64,000 nt of DNA, taken from NCBI RefSeq assembly GCF_006345805.1, contig NC_042997.1, positions 139,934,001 through 139,998,000 on the forward strand, given 5' to 3'. The notes under the pieces are model-generated. The model was not told where the DNA came from and made no database searches. It was given only the letters and a program-made list of their open reading frames with translations. Both the position numbers and the translations under genes were made by a program. Shown piece by piece: positions 1-13,080 of the stretch (positions are counted from its first letter, which is position 1; each line of letters begins with the position of its first letter). The DNA comes from Octopus sinensis (Eukaryota).

Positions 1-222
1 CACATACATATGTGTGTCTGTCCCGCACCCCCTGCTTGACAACCAGTGTTGCTTTGTTTATAATCCCTGTAAGCTAGCAGTTTGGCAAAAGAGACTGATA
101 GAATAAGTATCGGGCTTAAAAAAAAGAATAAGTAAGAACTGAGGTTCTTCCTTTTCAATGAAACCCTTCAAGATGGTACCCCAGCATGGCTGCAGTCCAA
201 TGACTAAAACAAGTAAAAGAAT
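1..222 (+). mobile_element. 3' half of a tRNA-derived SINE (same family as 2524-2920)
   Basis: Shares motifs with the 2524 copy: gcttgacaacc, ggcaaaagagac.gatagaataagta, ccagcatggc.gcagtc.aatgact.aaacaagtaaaaga tail. Confidence 0.85.
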
Positions 223-1047
223 ATATAATGTATAGGTGACTGCATATCTCTGTGGTCAAGAAGTTCACAGCATCCTGGACAAGTGTCGTCTAAAGCCCTG
301 GTCCAGGCAAAGTTTTGTGAGGGAATTTGGTAGTAAGTATAAAAAACCCATTATGTGTGTGAGTGCATGTACCCATGTATGTTTTTGTCTCCTTGTCTTG
401 ACACATTAGCTGCAAACAAATATCACTAGTATACAAGTGTTGTAATTTATTCACAATCTTCTGTGAAAACATGTTTAGCTATTATGTTGTTCATATTCAA
501 AAGAGACTAAGAGAAGTATTACCTTGATTGGAAAGATGTAAAGGTTGGTGACAGCAAGAATATCCAGCCGTAGAAATTCTACTTCAATAGATTTTGTCTG
601 ACGCTAGCATGGAAACAGATATTAAAACAATGGAAAATATACACACATCAGCAGGCAGTGTCAGTGAACTGTTTTTTTGTGTAACTGTTTACATGAAGAA
701 ATATTTTTTGTAGACACAACCTGCTTTCTTGCCCAATCATTGAACAACGCAACCCTAGTATGGGTTGGATGCTATTTTGTTTGAAAAATTATTTTTATTG
801 ATAGGTACTATGATTTTAAATATCCCAAATTCAGGTAGACATGATGCTTAAGATATAGAGAAGGTTAAAAGGGATCTCTTATGTTGACAACTTTTGTAGA
901 TATGTTTGTAATGTAATTGATGTAAAATAGGAATTGATACTGTGTTGTGGATTACCTTAGTAGATGCTATTAATTTCTTCATGGTACACATTGCAATAAA
1001 AAAAAACCCATCGTTTTTTTTTTGTTTTTTTTTATATAATTTTTCAG

Positions 1048-1167
1048 GTTCTGTCGGTCACCCTATGCCTTGGGTAGACGTTTGCATTGCAAAACCAAAT
1101 GTTTATGCAAAATGGGGTTATGATGTAATAGCTCAGGGAAATTCTTCAAAAACTGTGGTTTCCCCAG
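1048..1167 (+). CDS. ACSF3: Malonate--CoA ligase ACSF3, internal coding exon (120 nt, phase 1/1)
   Basis: ttttcag acceptor at 1041-1047 and gtatgt donor at 1168. Encodes (G)SVGHPMPWVDVCIAK...KTVVSP(G). Phase is compatible with the next exon. Confidence 0.85.
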
Positions 1168-2523
1168 GTATGTCTGCTGTTTTATTCCTTTTCATCATGA
1201 GACATAGCTGTCTTAGGAAATTGCTTATAAAACATCTTTTATCTACATGATTGAATTGCCTTCATTGAGCAGCTAGTGCTTAGCAAAACTGTATAAGTTA
1301 GAACCAATTGGCTATAGGATATGTTAAGTTAATGGTTAGCATATTTAGTGAAGGGAAAATCAAAAAGCTTACTGGAGACAATGTGGTATGGTAAAAACAA
1401 CATAAGTTTGACTAATAGTGTTTAAATATTTTGGGAAGTGTGGGTGTCAACTCTAATCACTTGCTTGCTGACTGTATAGAATGTGTTGTATTGCATGCTT
1501 ATAATCAGCCAAGCTTTTGTTTCTTGTCCATTATTTGATGTTGTCAGTTCATAAATATCTTTGACACCTTCCTGCTCATTTCGCTTCCAACTTTTCTAAC
1601 TCTGCAGCATTTATTTCGTCTTAGCAGCTTATTTTGCCCAGTTTGAAAAAGATTCCTTTTTCAAAGCCATCTATCTTTTCTATTGCTTTTTACTTCGTCT
1701 AAGTTTCTCTTCCACAAAGTATGATTGGCATAATACAACAAATTACTATCCTTAGTTGTAGGTGCAATTTTACATCCTTAGAGGTGAAGTTCTTTTTCAT
1801 TCTTATAAATGCTGTTTTTGCCTTATTTATTCAAGTAACTTCACTCCAGCCTTCTTGATCTGACATGAAAAATCCTTAAACAAAGGAACAATTCTAATGA
1901 ATCTTTTTCCAAAAGCAGATTAACATCACATCAGCCACATCCAGAATTATCATTGTTGGTTAATATGCTATGCATACTTAATGTACATATGTACATTATT
2001 AAGTAGTAGAAAATGATGTGTCAAGCTGTTGTTACTCCTACCCATGAAGCTTCCTTCTGTATACAAAATACAAAGTCACAGAGGCACAGATGTTCTTTTG
2101 AAAAAAAAGTTCCTTTGTAGAAGAGTTTTTGGTATAATATTGTTGATTTGTGCAACGATTTTTTATACATCCCCTGGACAGGGACACACTTTAGTGCCAC
2201 ATACTGAGGTGTTTCCTGTTGAACATAAGGCTGTAATTATCTGCTTCAATTTATTCTTCATTTGTTGCAGCTTCAGTAATGAGGCTTTTTTTTATGGAGT
2301 GAAGTTGTTAGCCCTTATGTCCAACTCTCAAGTGCTGTTTATACCATTCCTCTCTTGGCATGAAACTTTGCCAATATTTAATCTTTTTTTTTAATACATA
2401 TGACCCCATAAAATTTGTAATAAATATATATGTATATATAATTTGCATAATATCAAAAAATTTGTTTTAGAAACTAAATTCAAAGATCCTCAATTTTGGA
2501 TGTTTAAAACAAAAATTTGAATA

Positions 2524-2920
2524 GGCGCAGGAGTGGCTGTGTGGTAAGTAGCTTGTTTACCAACCACATGGTTCCGGGTTCAGTCCCACTACGTGGCACC
2601 TTGGGCAAGTGTCTTCTACTATAGCCTCGGGCTGACCAAAGCCTTGTGAGTGGATTTGGTAGACGGAAACTGAAAGAAGCCCGTCGTATATATGTATGTA
2701 TATATATGTGTGTGTGTGTGTGTTTGTCCCCCTAGCATTGCTTGACAACTGATGCTGGTGTGTTTATGTCCCCGTTACTTAGCGGTTCGGCAAAAGAGAC
2801 CGATAGAATAAGTACTGGGCTTACAAAAGAATAAGTCCCGGGGTTGAGTTGCTCGATTAAAGGCGGTGCTCCAGCATGGCCGCAGTCAAATGACTGAAAC
2901 AAGTAAAAGAGAGAGAGAGA
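2524..2920 (+). mobile_element. Full-length tRNA-derived SINE in ACSF3 intron
   Basis: tRNA-like head with A-box-like tggctgtgtggtaag and B-box-like ggttcagtccc, central (TA)(TG)n, simple-repeat tail. Several diverged copies occur in the window. Confidence 0.9.
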
Positions 2921-3066
2921 AGAGATTAAAAAAAAGTGGGGATAAAATTATGGATGGGAGTGCTTACTCTGAAATTGATATTTTTTGCATTGTTGTTTGG
3001 CTCATTTCTTTTTGTGCTTTTGGTATTGTTGTTCATGTTTGTGTGAATATAGGGTGTATGATTATA

Positions 3067-4344
3067 TTAGGTTGTCAAGAAAGTTCTTGTGGTTTTTAAC
3101 CTTTAAATTCAGGTGCACATATCTCCGCTCATACAAAACTTTATTAATCGAAATAAACACCATCAGAATCAACACACTTTTGCCAACGCGAAACAAGTTT
3201 ATTTATGCCATTAGCGTAAATATCCTGCGTTCTGGTGGTGATGAAGTCGTTGAAGGCGTGTTTGGCATCGTCTTGGTTTTTGAAGCATTTCTCATGCAGG
3301 AAGTTGTCGAGATGCTTGAAAAAGTGGTAGTTGGTAGGCGAGAGGTCTGGTGAGTATGATGGATGAGGCAGAGTTTTGTAGCCCAATTCGTTCAACTTAT
3401 GCAGGGTCAGTTGTGTGATGTGTGGCTGAGTGTTGTCATGGAGAAGAATTGGTCCTTTTCTATTGACCAATGCTGGCTATTGTTGTCGGAGTTTCTTATG
3501 CATTTCATCCATTTGCTGACAGTGCTTCTCCGCCATAATGGTTTCGCCTGGATTCACAAAGCTGTGTTGGATGAGACTGGCCATAGACCATCAAACAGTC
3601 ATCATGACCTTGCAACTTTGGCTTCGGGAAGTGCTGTGGAGCTTCGTCGGCATCCAACCACTGAGCTGAGCATTGCCGGTTGTCATAAAGAATCTATTTT
3701 TCATTGCAAGTCACAATCCAGTTGAGAATCAGGTCATTCTTGTTGCATAAAAGAAGGGATGATGACACTTCAAAACAGCATTTTTTTTGGTTGTTGTTCA
3801 ATTTGTGCGGCATTTCTCAAGTATTTTTGTTTTTCCAATCTCTTTCAAGTGGTTAGAAATTGTCGTATATGTTACGTCTAATTCAGAAGCAAGCTCTCGA
3901 ACAATTGTACATGGATTGGCTTCCACTAGGGCTCTTAGTTGATCATTGCCCAACATCCAGTGGCCAACCACTACACTTATCATCTTCAAGACTCTCGTCA
4001 CCGCTACAAAATTTCTTGAACCACCATTGTACTGTACATTCATTAGTGGTTCCTGGGCCAAACACATCATTGATATCACGAGCTGTTTCAGCAGCTTTTC
4101 AGCCTAGCTTGAACTGGAATAAGAAAATTGTGCGAATTTGCTTTTTGTCTATGTTGTATTCAACATTCTGTGGAAAAAAATGGCCTAATTATTCAAAAAG
4201 AAAAAGAGTAATGCAATTAGATAGAGCGAAAAACGGGCTTTAAAATGATATATAAAGTCAAAGTAATTTAACGAAAATTAATTTGAAAACACATCATTTA
4301 AAGCCAAAATTAAAAATTCTGCAAGAACTTTCTTGACAACCTAA
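3067..4344 (-). mobile_element. Full-length (1278 bp) mariner transposon with decayed transposase
   Basis: Perfect 23-bp TIRs ttaggttgtcaagaaagttcttg (3067-3089 / 4322-4344) and TA TSDs at 3065-66 and 4345-46. ORF 3144-3470 has LLHDN...PHPSYSPDLSPTNYHFF; upstream parts are frameshifted. Confidence 0.95.
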
Positions 4345-4639
4345 TATCAAATCATTTGTTTAAAATTTGGGGGGGGGGGTGATTATAAGGATATTTGGCT
4401 GCAATTTCTAGCAAAAACCACATCAAGGTTCCATCATGCAGTAAAACTATCAAAATTATTCAGTTGATTAATTAGATTAATAATTAATGCTTTATCAGTG
4501 GAGGAGCTCATTTTCAGCTGATGCTTACCACCATCATTTACAGTAAATCAAAGTAATTTTTTATTAGGAAATACAAATACACGATCACAATATATAATTC
4601 AACATCAACAAGGCAGAGATACTTTTACCCAACTTTCTT

Positions 4640-4781
4640 TGAAAGTCTCTTTTATGCTTCTTTGTTCTAAACACCAGTTAAATAATGGCAGAATTGTTTT
4701 ACTAAATTCTTCATAAAGTTTTAAATTATTTGAGAAAAAGGGTAGTGTATTTTAACTGAAATGTTGTAACGGAAAGGTTAA
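4640..4781. mobile_element. Degenerate piggyBac-type MITE end
   Basis: Ends gtaacggaaaggTTAA (4766-4781), matching the TIR+TTAA of the piggyBac at 46499-46514. Body resembles 7461-7686 in reverse. Left boundary uncertain. Confidence 0.6.
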
Positions 4782-4805
4782 TATGCCTATCATCTCACTT
4801 ATCAG

Positions 4806-4922
4806 GAATGGAGTCTGAACAAGGGGAGTTATATGTACGAGGACCCAATGTATTTAGTGAATATTTCCAACGACCTGATGCAGTAAAGAGATCTTTTACA
4901 AAAGATGGTTGGTTTAAAACAG
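4806..4922 (+). CDS. ACSF3: ACSF3 internal coding exon (117 nt, phase 1/1)
   Basis: cttatcag acceptor and gtgaga donor at 4923. Encodes (G)[38 protein letters not shown](G), the ANL-family GEL.VRG and GWFKTGD motifs. Confidence 0.93.
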
Positions 4923-5444
4923 GTGAGACTGTTTTCTTCATTTTTGATATTTGCTGTTCTAATCCAACTTTTCATATTAAAATGTGTTTTTTAACTTTTG
5001 TTGTAATAATTTTTATAAATGCATTTCTACTTACCTACCACTTGGCTATGAGGTAGAGTGGAAATGCTACAGTTTGGCTTGAATTAACAAGCATATATAA
5101 TTAGTAACCTACCTTTTTCTTGCCTCACATTCATTGCTTTTCTTGTATATTCTACATGATTACAGAAAATTAAATGTTTTTAATTAATTTTTAAGCCAAA
5201 ACAATGTAGGTTATGAAAAATTCATGATAAAACAGGTTGATGGTTTGTACTTATTAGGACCCTTTCTTCTAGAAATCTATGGAGAAAAGGTGTTGTTAGC
5301 TGACTTCTACTGAACATTGACTTGTGTTATTGTTTATAATTTATATTGTTTTGGTTTAACAATATATTTGTATATATCAGAAAACAATACTACCCTACAA
5401 GAAATTAAATTTCTCCATTAAGAAATTGTGTTTTCAAAGACATT

Positions 5445-5725
5445 GTTGTGTGGCTACAATGATCACTTTGCAATCATATAGTTTTAGATTTGGTTCCACT
5501 CTGTACTATCTTGAGCAAGTGTCCTCTACTCTAACCTCAGTATGACTAATGTCATTTGAGTAGAATTGGTAGATGGAAATTGTTCAAAGCCTGTTTTATA
5601 TATATATAAATAAATAAATAAACATCATCATCATCGTTTAACATCTGTCTTCCATGTATGCATGGGTAGGACAGTTGACAGGAGCCAGCCAGATAGAAGA
5701 CTACCTTAGGCTACTGGGTCTGTTT
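5445..5725. mobile_element. Old SINE head (+) followed by RTE-type LINE tail relic
   Basis: Degenerate match to the 2524 SINE head (ttgagcaagtgtc.tctact, ggtagatggaaa), then catcatcatcatcgtttaac...acagctggat. Confidence 0.55.
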
Positions 5726-6610
5726 TAGCTGGGTTTTTACAGCTGGATATGTGGGTGTGTCTTTGTGAATGTTTGCATTTTGTAATTGCATGAAATATCA
5801 GTAAGCTACAGACAGTATTGTCTGTTGTCATATCCTTGTCATCAGAGCATGTGGTAGCTCTGCATTTTTGAAGATGAATAAAAACTACCTCACTTGAAAA
5901 ACAAGTAAATGAGGGCATCTATCTTTAAAAAATTAGCAACAGTAAGTCTCATCTATTCTGTGTGAGTATGCAAAAATATGGACATAAAACTGATGATGGT
6001 AATGCTTCTGATAGTGCATCTTATTATGGACCATTACTATATATAACAAAAGTTAGATTTGATTGGTGAACTCTTGCTCATTAACTTTTCACTATTTGTT
6101 GCAAACAACCATCTTCTCATATTCTCTGCTTGTTACTTTGAGCATTTTTCATTGTCTACAGTGTTTGTTACTTTAACAGGTATTTTGATTGAGGTTGTCA
6201 ATTTTCGATGACATTAAGGATATCTGACTGTTACTTGTGCTCCTCCTCAGACTGTTTTTTGTTCAAGAATGATATTTTTATGAAAACCAAGTATTTGTGC
6301 TGAATGCACAAATATTTTAAACCTTGGCCCCTTTTGATGTTAGAAAGGCAAACTGTCTGGAAGTCTTTGAGCATTGACTTTCCAGTATGGTTGATATTTT
6401 GGTTTCTGACCTTGTTGATCAAAACTTGAAGTAATAGTGTAAACTAACTTGAAATGTAATAATAATGTTGTAATTTTTGTAATTTGACTTGAAGCATTTA
6501 TAAAACAATTACAATCAGTATGATTTATCCCTCATATGATCAAGTTAAAATATTCTTTTAAATTTTCATAAGAAATTCAACTGTTAATGCTTTTAATACC
6601 TTTATTTCAG

Positions 6611-7005
6611 GTGATACAGCTATTTATGAAAATGGTGTGTATTCAATAATGGGACGTACTTCTGTGGATATTATTAAGAGTGGAGGTTATAAAATAAGTG
6701 CTCTTTATGTTGAGCGACACCTGTTATCACATCCACAAATTACGGACTGTGCTGTGATAGGACTTCCTGATATTACTTGGGGACAGCGTATTGCTGCTGT
6801 CCTTGTTCTTAAAGAAGGTGCTGATGAAATGCCACTTGAGAGTTTACAGAGATGGGCTGAAAATCTTATGCCTTACTATCAAGTCCCTACAGTTGTGCGA
6901 TATCTTAAGGCCATGCCTCGAAATGCCATGGGTAAAGTCAACAAAAAGGACATTTTTGCAACTGTTTTCCCAGAGTTCAACAGGTCTTCAAGGACAATAA
7001 GATAA
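6611..7005 (+). CDS. ACSF3: ACSF3 terminal coding exon
   Basis: tttatttcag acceptor. Encodes (G)DTAIYENGVYSIMGRTSVDIIKSGGYKISALYVERHLLSHPQITDCAVIGLPDITWGQRIAAV...PRNAMGKVNKK, with TAA at 7003-7005. GRTSVDIIK.GGYK.SAL is characteristic of ACSF3. Confidence 0.95.
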
Positions 7006-7460
7006 AATATTTTTCCTCCTTTTCTATAAATGGAAATTATTAACAAATGGTTTTTGAAAAGGATGTGAAACAAAGATATAGGTTTGGAATTAGTAAGTGA
7101 TTTTTATGACTTATTATTGTATTACAAATGTAGAAACTGATCACCAGCTGGTTTATTTGATGTGACAGTGTAGTTGGTGATCACTGGTTGGTGTGATTAG
7201 TAATTTGCTTACTATAAAAAAACATTGTAATAGTGATATTCCAATCACAGAAATATGGGGTGTTACATCATTCATCATCAGTCTTCCATGCTCTCTAGAG
7301 AAAGATTTGAATTTATAAATAGTGAAATCTTGAATGAAATGAAGTAGAGAAATTTAGACAAATGAGGGCAACAACAGTGGTTAATGTTTTTTATTACTTA
7401 ATGAAGTAGATTGTAGTAGGATTGCCAGAACCACTAACTATCTTAGATGCTGTTATTGCC

Positions 7461-7686
7461 TTAAGCTTCCCATTACCTTAGTAATTTCTGTTGGAATACA
7501 CAGCCTTTGCTTCAATTAATTTTCAAAATAATGAAGAATTTAGTAAAATAACTTTATTAAGCTGGCATTTGGAATAGATTTACATGAAATTTTTATGGAA
7601 GGTTTTAATTTAGATTACTTTAAAATAGGAAGTCGGTGGCATAGAACCAAGAGCAGTCTCAGGTGGATTGGTATCAAGGGGACTAG
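7461..7686. mobile_element. Degenerate piggyBac-type MITE downstream of the ACSF3 stop
   Basis: Starts TTAAgcttcccattacc..atttctgttggaatac, resembling TTAAccctttcgttactatatttctgaccaaaatac at 44464. Confidence 0.55.
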
Positions 7687-8342
7687 ATAGAAATAGATAC
7701 TATTAAAACAATAAAAGAAATGGGGTAGGGGAGTTTAGATAATATTTAAACTACCAAATATTGTAATGTTTCACTACTATGATAATTCAGACCTTCACTA
7801 ATGTGTCTACTAAATATCATTGTCTCCATTATCACAATCCTTATGTCACAACTGTTGTAGTGACCTGGATGGAATGAATGGCATGGTATCACTACTGTTG
7901 TATGCAGTAAACACTGTAAGATGCCATTGGCAACCTTAAGGGGATAGGTTTGGCAGAGATTAAAAGATTGGAATTTATATCAATGAAAAAATGGATGTGA
8001 TGGCTTAAAGAATCTACCTGGTGGAGTTTAAAATGCTATCAATTGTGATGATATGAATATCCATCTACGTGCTAGAGAAAGATGTTTCTATCTACATCAG
8101 CTTCTAATCTGTAGTATCCTTAAAATAATCATTTTAGTATATATATAATAAATGGTTTGATGTCATTATATTTGTTACTATTAGATGTTGCAAATGGTGA
8201 TGATTCACATGTGTGAACAATAGTTACCAGTGAATAGTTAGACTACTTCTTTGTCATTGCTTTTATAGTGTGCCAATTCATTCTATTGTCTAACTAGTAA
8301 ACTGGTATCGGAAACCACCCATTAGATTTTTAGTGTGTCATG

Positions 8343-8615
8343 GGTGAGGGTGCACGACCTAGTGATTAAAGTGTTGCACTCATGATGGCAAGATTGTGGG
8401 TTTAATTTCCGGACAAGGTGATGTGTTGTGTTCTTGAGCAAAACACTTCATTTTATGTTGTTCTGCAATCACTTCAACATCTGATTTATAACACACTGTG
8501 CACTTGTACAGGTAATGTTGATCTGAAGGAAGGAGTGAGCTTATGTGAATGCAGACATTTGATGACTGTGACCAAATCATCTGTGCAGGTTGTTCAGCAA
8601 GAAATTGCAGAACTG
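8343..8615 (+). mobile_element. Second tRNA-derived SINE family, degenerate copy
   Basis: tRNA-like head (ctagtgattaaagtg...gggtttaatttcc) followed by cttgagcaaaacacttcatttt core. Confidence 0.6.
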
Positions 8616-8929
8616 TTTTTCTTCAACCTGCGATGCTCTCATATACATATACTGTGTCGTGGGTGTTAGTGATCACTGAAACATTGTGTTGTTTTTACTT
8701 TCCTCATCCACCCCAAACTAAAAGGTATTAAATCATCATGCCCACTCTTAATATTTAGTTCAATTCAGTCTGTAAATACTGGATGGTGTGAGTAGTATGG
8801 TGTTATAGTTGAAGTGGTGGTTTTCTGTTGTCAAAATTGTTGGAAGTAACTATTAATACATGTCCTTTGCCTTTATTGTTAAAAGGTTAGCATTATCATT
8901 TCAATAGTCAAATTTAGGTGTTTCTTTCT

Positions 8930-9330
8930 ACACCAGTTTGACTGCATCAACATCCATTATGATAATTGCTGTGTGTAGGTACTTCAATACTATACACAAT
9001 GTCTATATTTACATCAGGTACAGATTGTCAAAATTTCTACCACAGTACTGTACCTGTTATTAATATCCATATATATTTACTGAGTAATATATCTGCTACA
9101 ATATTGTGTCCTAATATTAATCTCAACTTTTATGTTGTCTCTCCCAGTGCTGTATCAATTACAACAGGCATTATGTACAGGTGCCACTCAACCACTGTTA
9201 GTGTACCCACTGCAGTACTATCTCCATTATTAACAGCCATATATTCAGGTATTTTAGCATGTCTACACTAGCTACATGTTTTACAGACATGTCTATTATA
9301 ATACTCTGTTATAACAATTCTCTATGAAGG
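8930..9330. repeat. Degenerate ~80-85 bp tandem repeat patch
   Basis: Recurring caccagc/ctgcagta/ctgtatcaatta/tgtacaggtg motifs shared with 15480-16030 and 16410-16630. Confidence 0.5.
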
Positions 9331-10329
9331 TGTATTATGTCAGTCTTTGTCTTCACATTTGCACCACAACTTACTGGTGTTAAGTTCCAGTTGAATTTCA
9401 TGGCTTGTATTTTTTTTTTACTTTTGCTACAAAGTAACCTTATCATTTAATTGTAACATTTAGAAGTGTTACATCATTATACTCTGTCTTCATGCCTACA
9501 GCATTCATTGTAAAAGTTTTACATTAGCTCTAATCTTCATGAGAGTTTGGCTGAAGATGATAAATTTAGTTCCTGTTTTGCTTGTGTTTCTTAGTTAAGT
9601 TTTGACATAAGAACAAAAGTACTGAAGAAAAGTTTTTTTAGTCAACATTAATCAGTAAGTGGGCCAAAAACTGCTTGGGGTGTTATATTGAGCCCAAACT
9701 TTTGTCGACAGCAATATTTTTTCCATATTTCTCGCAATAATTCCTTATTTTTATTGTACACTTCTCCATAAAATTCTTTTTTCACTTTAAAGCTTTACAG
9801 TTTTGTGGGTTTTTAAAAATATTTTACATACATCTCAACTGGGTATGCACTTTAAGTATCATGTCTTGGTAACCTCTGTGGCCAGGATCTGCTTTTCTTG
9901 AATAGTAGCAGCTTCATTGGTGAACAATTTATATGATTCAACTTAAGTGTTACTAGGCTTCAGATTTTTCCAAGTGACATTCTTACTCTAATAGGTGTAT
10001 TACAAGTGTCTCAATTCATGTATTTGTTTGTGTGAGAGCTTTATCAACTCAAACAACTCAGGTGTTTCTTGTCATTCACTGGGATGGGCATTTCTGTAGT
10101 ATGCCAGTTCTTTGTACTTTTATCACTAATTTACTTCTTGTTGAGACAATGTTTTCTAATTCATTCATGATTGTTAGTGAGCCTAGCAGTCACTTAGGCT
10201 TTGTCTAGATACTGCTATGGTCTATATGCTCCTATTTAGCACCATACCTAGTGTATCTATCAAGTTGTAACAATAATTGTTTTCTGTTTCTTCAATGACA
10301 ACTAAAACAAAATAGTGGTTAATGGAGGT

Positions 10330-11310
10330 GTGTTTAATCATAAACATAGTTACTATTGTTTTCAATGACCTTCCCCATCTGATATCAAGCTTTTTAATGG
10401 TGTATGTATAAAATCCTTTTGCTTTTGACCTAAAATAATAGGCTAACTCATCATTGACCTTGATTTGAAGTTAGTTTAAGATCATCCAAAAGACTTAAAC
10501 TTTTAAACATGTGATAATTACAAAGGGTGAGGTCCAGGGAATATGGTGGATGAAGTGGATGAGTTCTTCCAGGAGATTTTTGGTCTTTCATGCAGTATGG
10601 GGTCATGCACTATCATGATGAAGGACGGTCCCTTTCCTATTTGCTAAAGACTAATCTTTTTGTTCAAAGTTGTTTTTAAATGCCTTGACTGTTGGCATAA
10701 ACTTCAGCTCTGAATATTTATTGTTTAACAGCTTGTAATAAATGATTCACTGCACATCGACCATACACTTAAAAAAAAAAAAAAACCTCCTTTTGATGCA
10801 AGCCTGGTGAAACCACTGGCACCTCTGCTTAGCATTGTGGTAAAGAATCCACTTATCCTCAGTAATGGCTTTGTCCAGGGAAGGTACTTGAAGCTGACAG
10901 GAACGCAATGATGCACAGTATTTAACACGTCTGCAATTTTCTGCTGACAGGTCATATGGAATTCGCTTTCTAACCTTTGACACTTTATCAAATCTTCTCA
11001 TTTCACAATGGACCATCATATGGTTAATATTCAATGCCTGCTGAGTTTCCTAATTGTAATGGTTAGGTTAGCATCATCAACTGCTTCTAATACTTTGGAA
11101 CCTAGTCTTCTTGGGCAACCTTCACTTGACTCCTTTAGAGTGAAGTCCTTTCTGAAACTAGAAAACCATCTCTTACATGTTCTTTTATACACCCTGCCAT
11201 CTCCATGTGTGCTTTTGATGGAATTTGCTGCTGCTTATTCATTATTCTCTCTTTGAAGTTCATTGAGTACAGCATACTGAATGCGTTCTTTATATGGAGC
11301 AAACATTAAG
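10330..11310 (-). mobile_element. Heavily decayed mariner transposase
   Basis: Minus-strand fragments RIPYDLS (cf. WVPHEL) and KAITEDKWILYHNAKQRCQW (cf. IVTGDEKWILYDN.KR..W). The reverse of the HPPYSPDL region lies at about 10520-10560. TIRs not found. Confidence 0.75.
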
Positions 11311-11364
11311 TTGATTGCACAACTCAAATTGTTCTGCAGCATTTTTGTATGCATTCACATACAT

Positions 11365-11763
11365 AGGTGCAGGCATGGCTGTGTGGTAAGAAGCTTGCTT
11401 CCCAGCCGCACTGTTCCAGGTTCAGTCTCACCGCGTGGCACTTTGGGCAAATGTCTTCTACTTTATATAGGCCTTGGGTTGACCAAAGCCTTGTGAGTGG
11501 ATTTGGCAGATGGAAACTGAAAGAAGCCCATTGTATATGTATGTGTGTCTGTGTTTGTGTCCCCCCCTACCATTACATGACAACTGATGCTGGTGTGTCT
11601 CTGTCCCTGTAACCTAGCAGTTCAGCAGATGAGACCAATAGAATAAGTACTAGGCTTGCAAAGAATAAGTCCTAAGGTTGATTTCTTTGGCTAAAACCCC
11701 TAAGGTGGTGCTCCAGCAATACCGCAGTCAAATGACTGCAATAAGTAAAAGAATAAAAGAATA
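11365..11763 (+). mobile_element. Full-length SINE (2524 family)
   Basis: Colinear with 2524-2920 from ggtgcaggcatggctgtgtggtaag to aataagtaaaagaataaaaga. Confidence 0.9.
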
Positions 11764-12639
11764 CATTGTCTAGAGTTGTAATCCTTGCTAAGTAGATTTG
11801 ATGAAGCCCTAAGTAAAGAAATCTTAAGGAGTCAGATCTGGCATCCTAGTTGGCCAATGATTTGAAAACTTATGCAGATTATCTCATAATTGTTGCTTCT
11901 CTATTTATAGATGTGATCTGCTTCTGCTATGTCCAATCTTTCTGCTGTACATGCTGTTTTTGACTGTGTGGTTATGGAAGTATCTAGACATTATCAGTTA
12001 CTTTGGTCAGTTACAAAGTAACTTGCATGAGTTACTGCCTTTTAGAATTTCCTCAATCCAATATTTTTTAAAAAGAATATATCATTATATGTAGTATATT
12101 CATATTATGTATGGATTAATATGTCATTCAGCATATTTTAGGAATGATGTGTCTGCATTGAAATTGTATTTTATGTAACTGCTAATAAATGCTTGTTCTT
12201 CTGTTGTCTGATGCGTTTTGTTCAAAAAGAAAATTGCAAGTTATAATTGATGGTGTCCTGCAAACTGACTGGTCTCCTTTAAATTTGAGACCATAACTTC
12301 TCTATTGATACCTTCAACTAATTTTTAAAAAGTCTGAAGTGTTCTAAGAGTGAAGTTAGTCTCTTCTATGAGTCCTATTTTTATGTTGCACAACCTTTGG
12401 AACAGACACGTAATTGTGCCTTGGAGAGAGGCTTGATGTCTAAATAAATCTGCAACTGATTCAGCTACCATTGGTTTACCAGTATTCGACTTTCCTTGAA
12501 AAACTCCAAGATTAGTTTTTGGAAATTTTTTGGTTACTATACAGTAAATGCCATTAATGAATTTAAATTCTGGTATGTCTTGTGTTTCTATAATTTTCTT
12601 AAATATAATGGAACATTAATGTTGTGGTTGTCAGCACTT

Positions 12640-13080
12640 GGTTGCAACCCTCTCTCTAGAATATTGATGTATTCCTTAGCATTGGCAGCCTTGTTGCATC
12701 AATTAAGTTCACCGATGCCTGCAGATAATGCTTCCCACACCATGATTCTACCACAACCATGCTTAACAGTTGTCTGTAGGCTATCTGGCCTGAATCATTC
12801 ATTCGATCTTCAACGACAATGTTCTGGTGCATCGCTACATAAAAAAACCTTGACTCATTCAAACCATTCTGAATTAAAGTGCAATCTATCTTTGATCTTC
12901 TTCTTTGACAGCTAAAGCTTCTTTGCACATCTTTTTGAATGAGCCATTCAGAACACATAATATTTGAAATTTTACAACTGGCTTCTTTGACTCTGTACAC
13001 AGTGGTATTTTGAACCAGCTTCCCATTCTATTATTGGTTTGACTCATGTGGTCATCCAATAAGGAATTTGTAGTCATGTG
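12640..13080 (-). mobile_element. Tc1 transposase relic
   Basis: Minus strand reads LQTTVKHGCGRIMVWEALSAGIGEL (cf. TVKHGGGSIMVWGC), with upstream KKPVV. Confidence 0.75.

Noticed and set aside
2524-2600. tRNA gene at SINE heads (also 8343, 11365)
   Set aside because: Only A/B-box-like remnants fused to SINE bodies; no complete cloverleaf.
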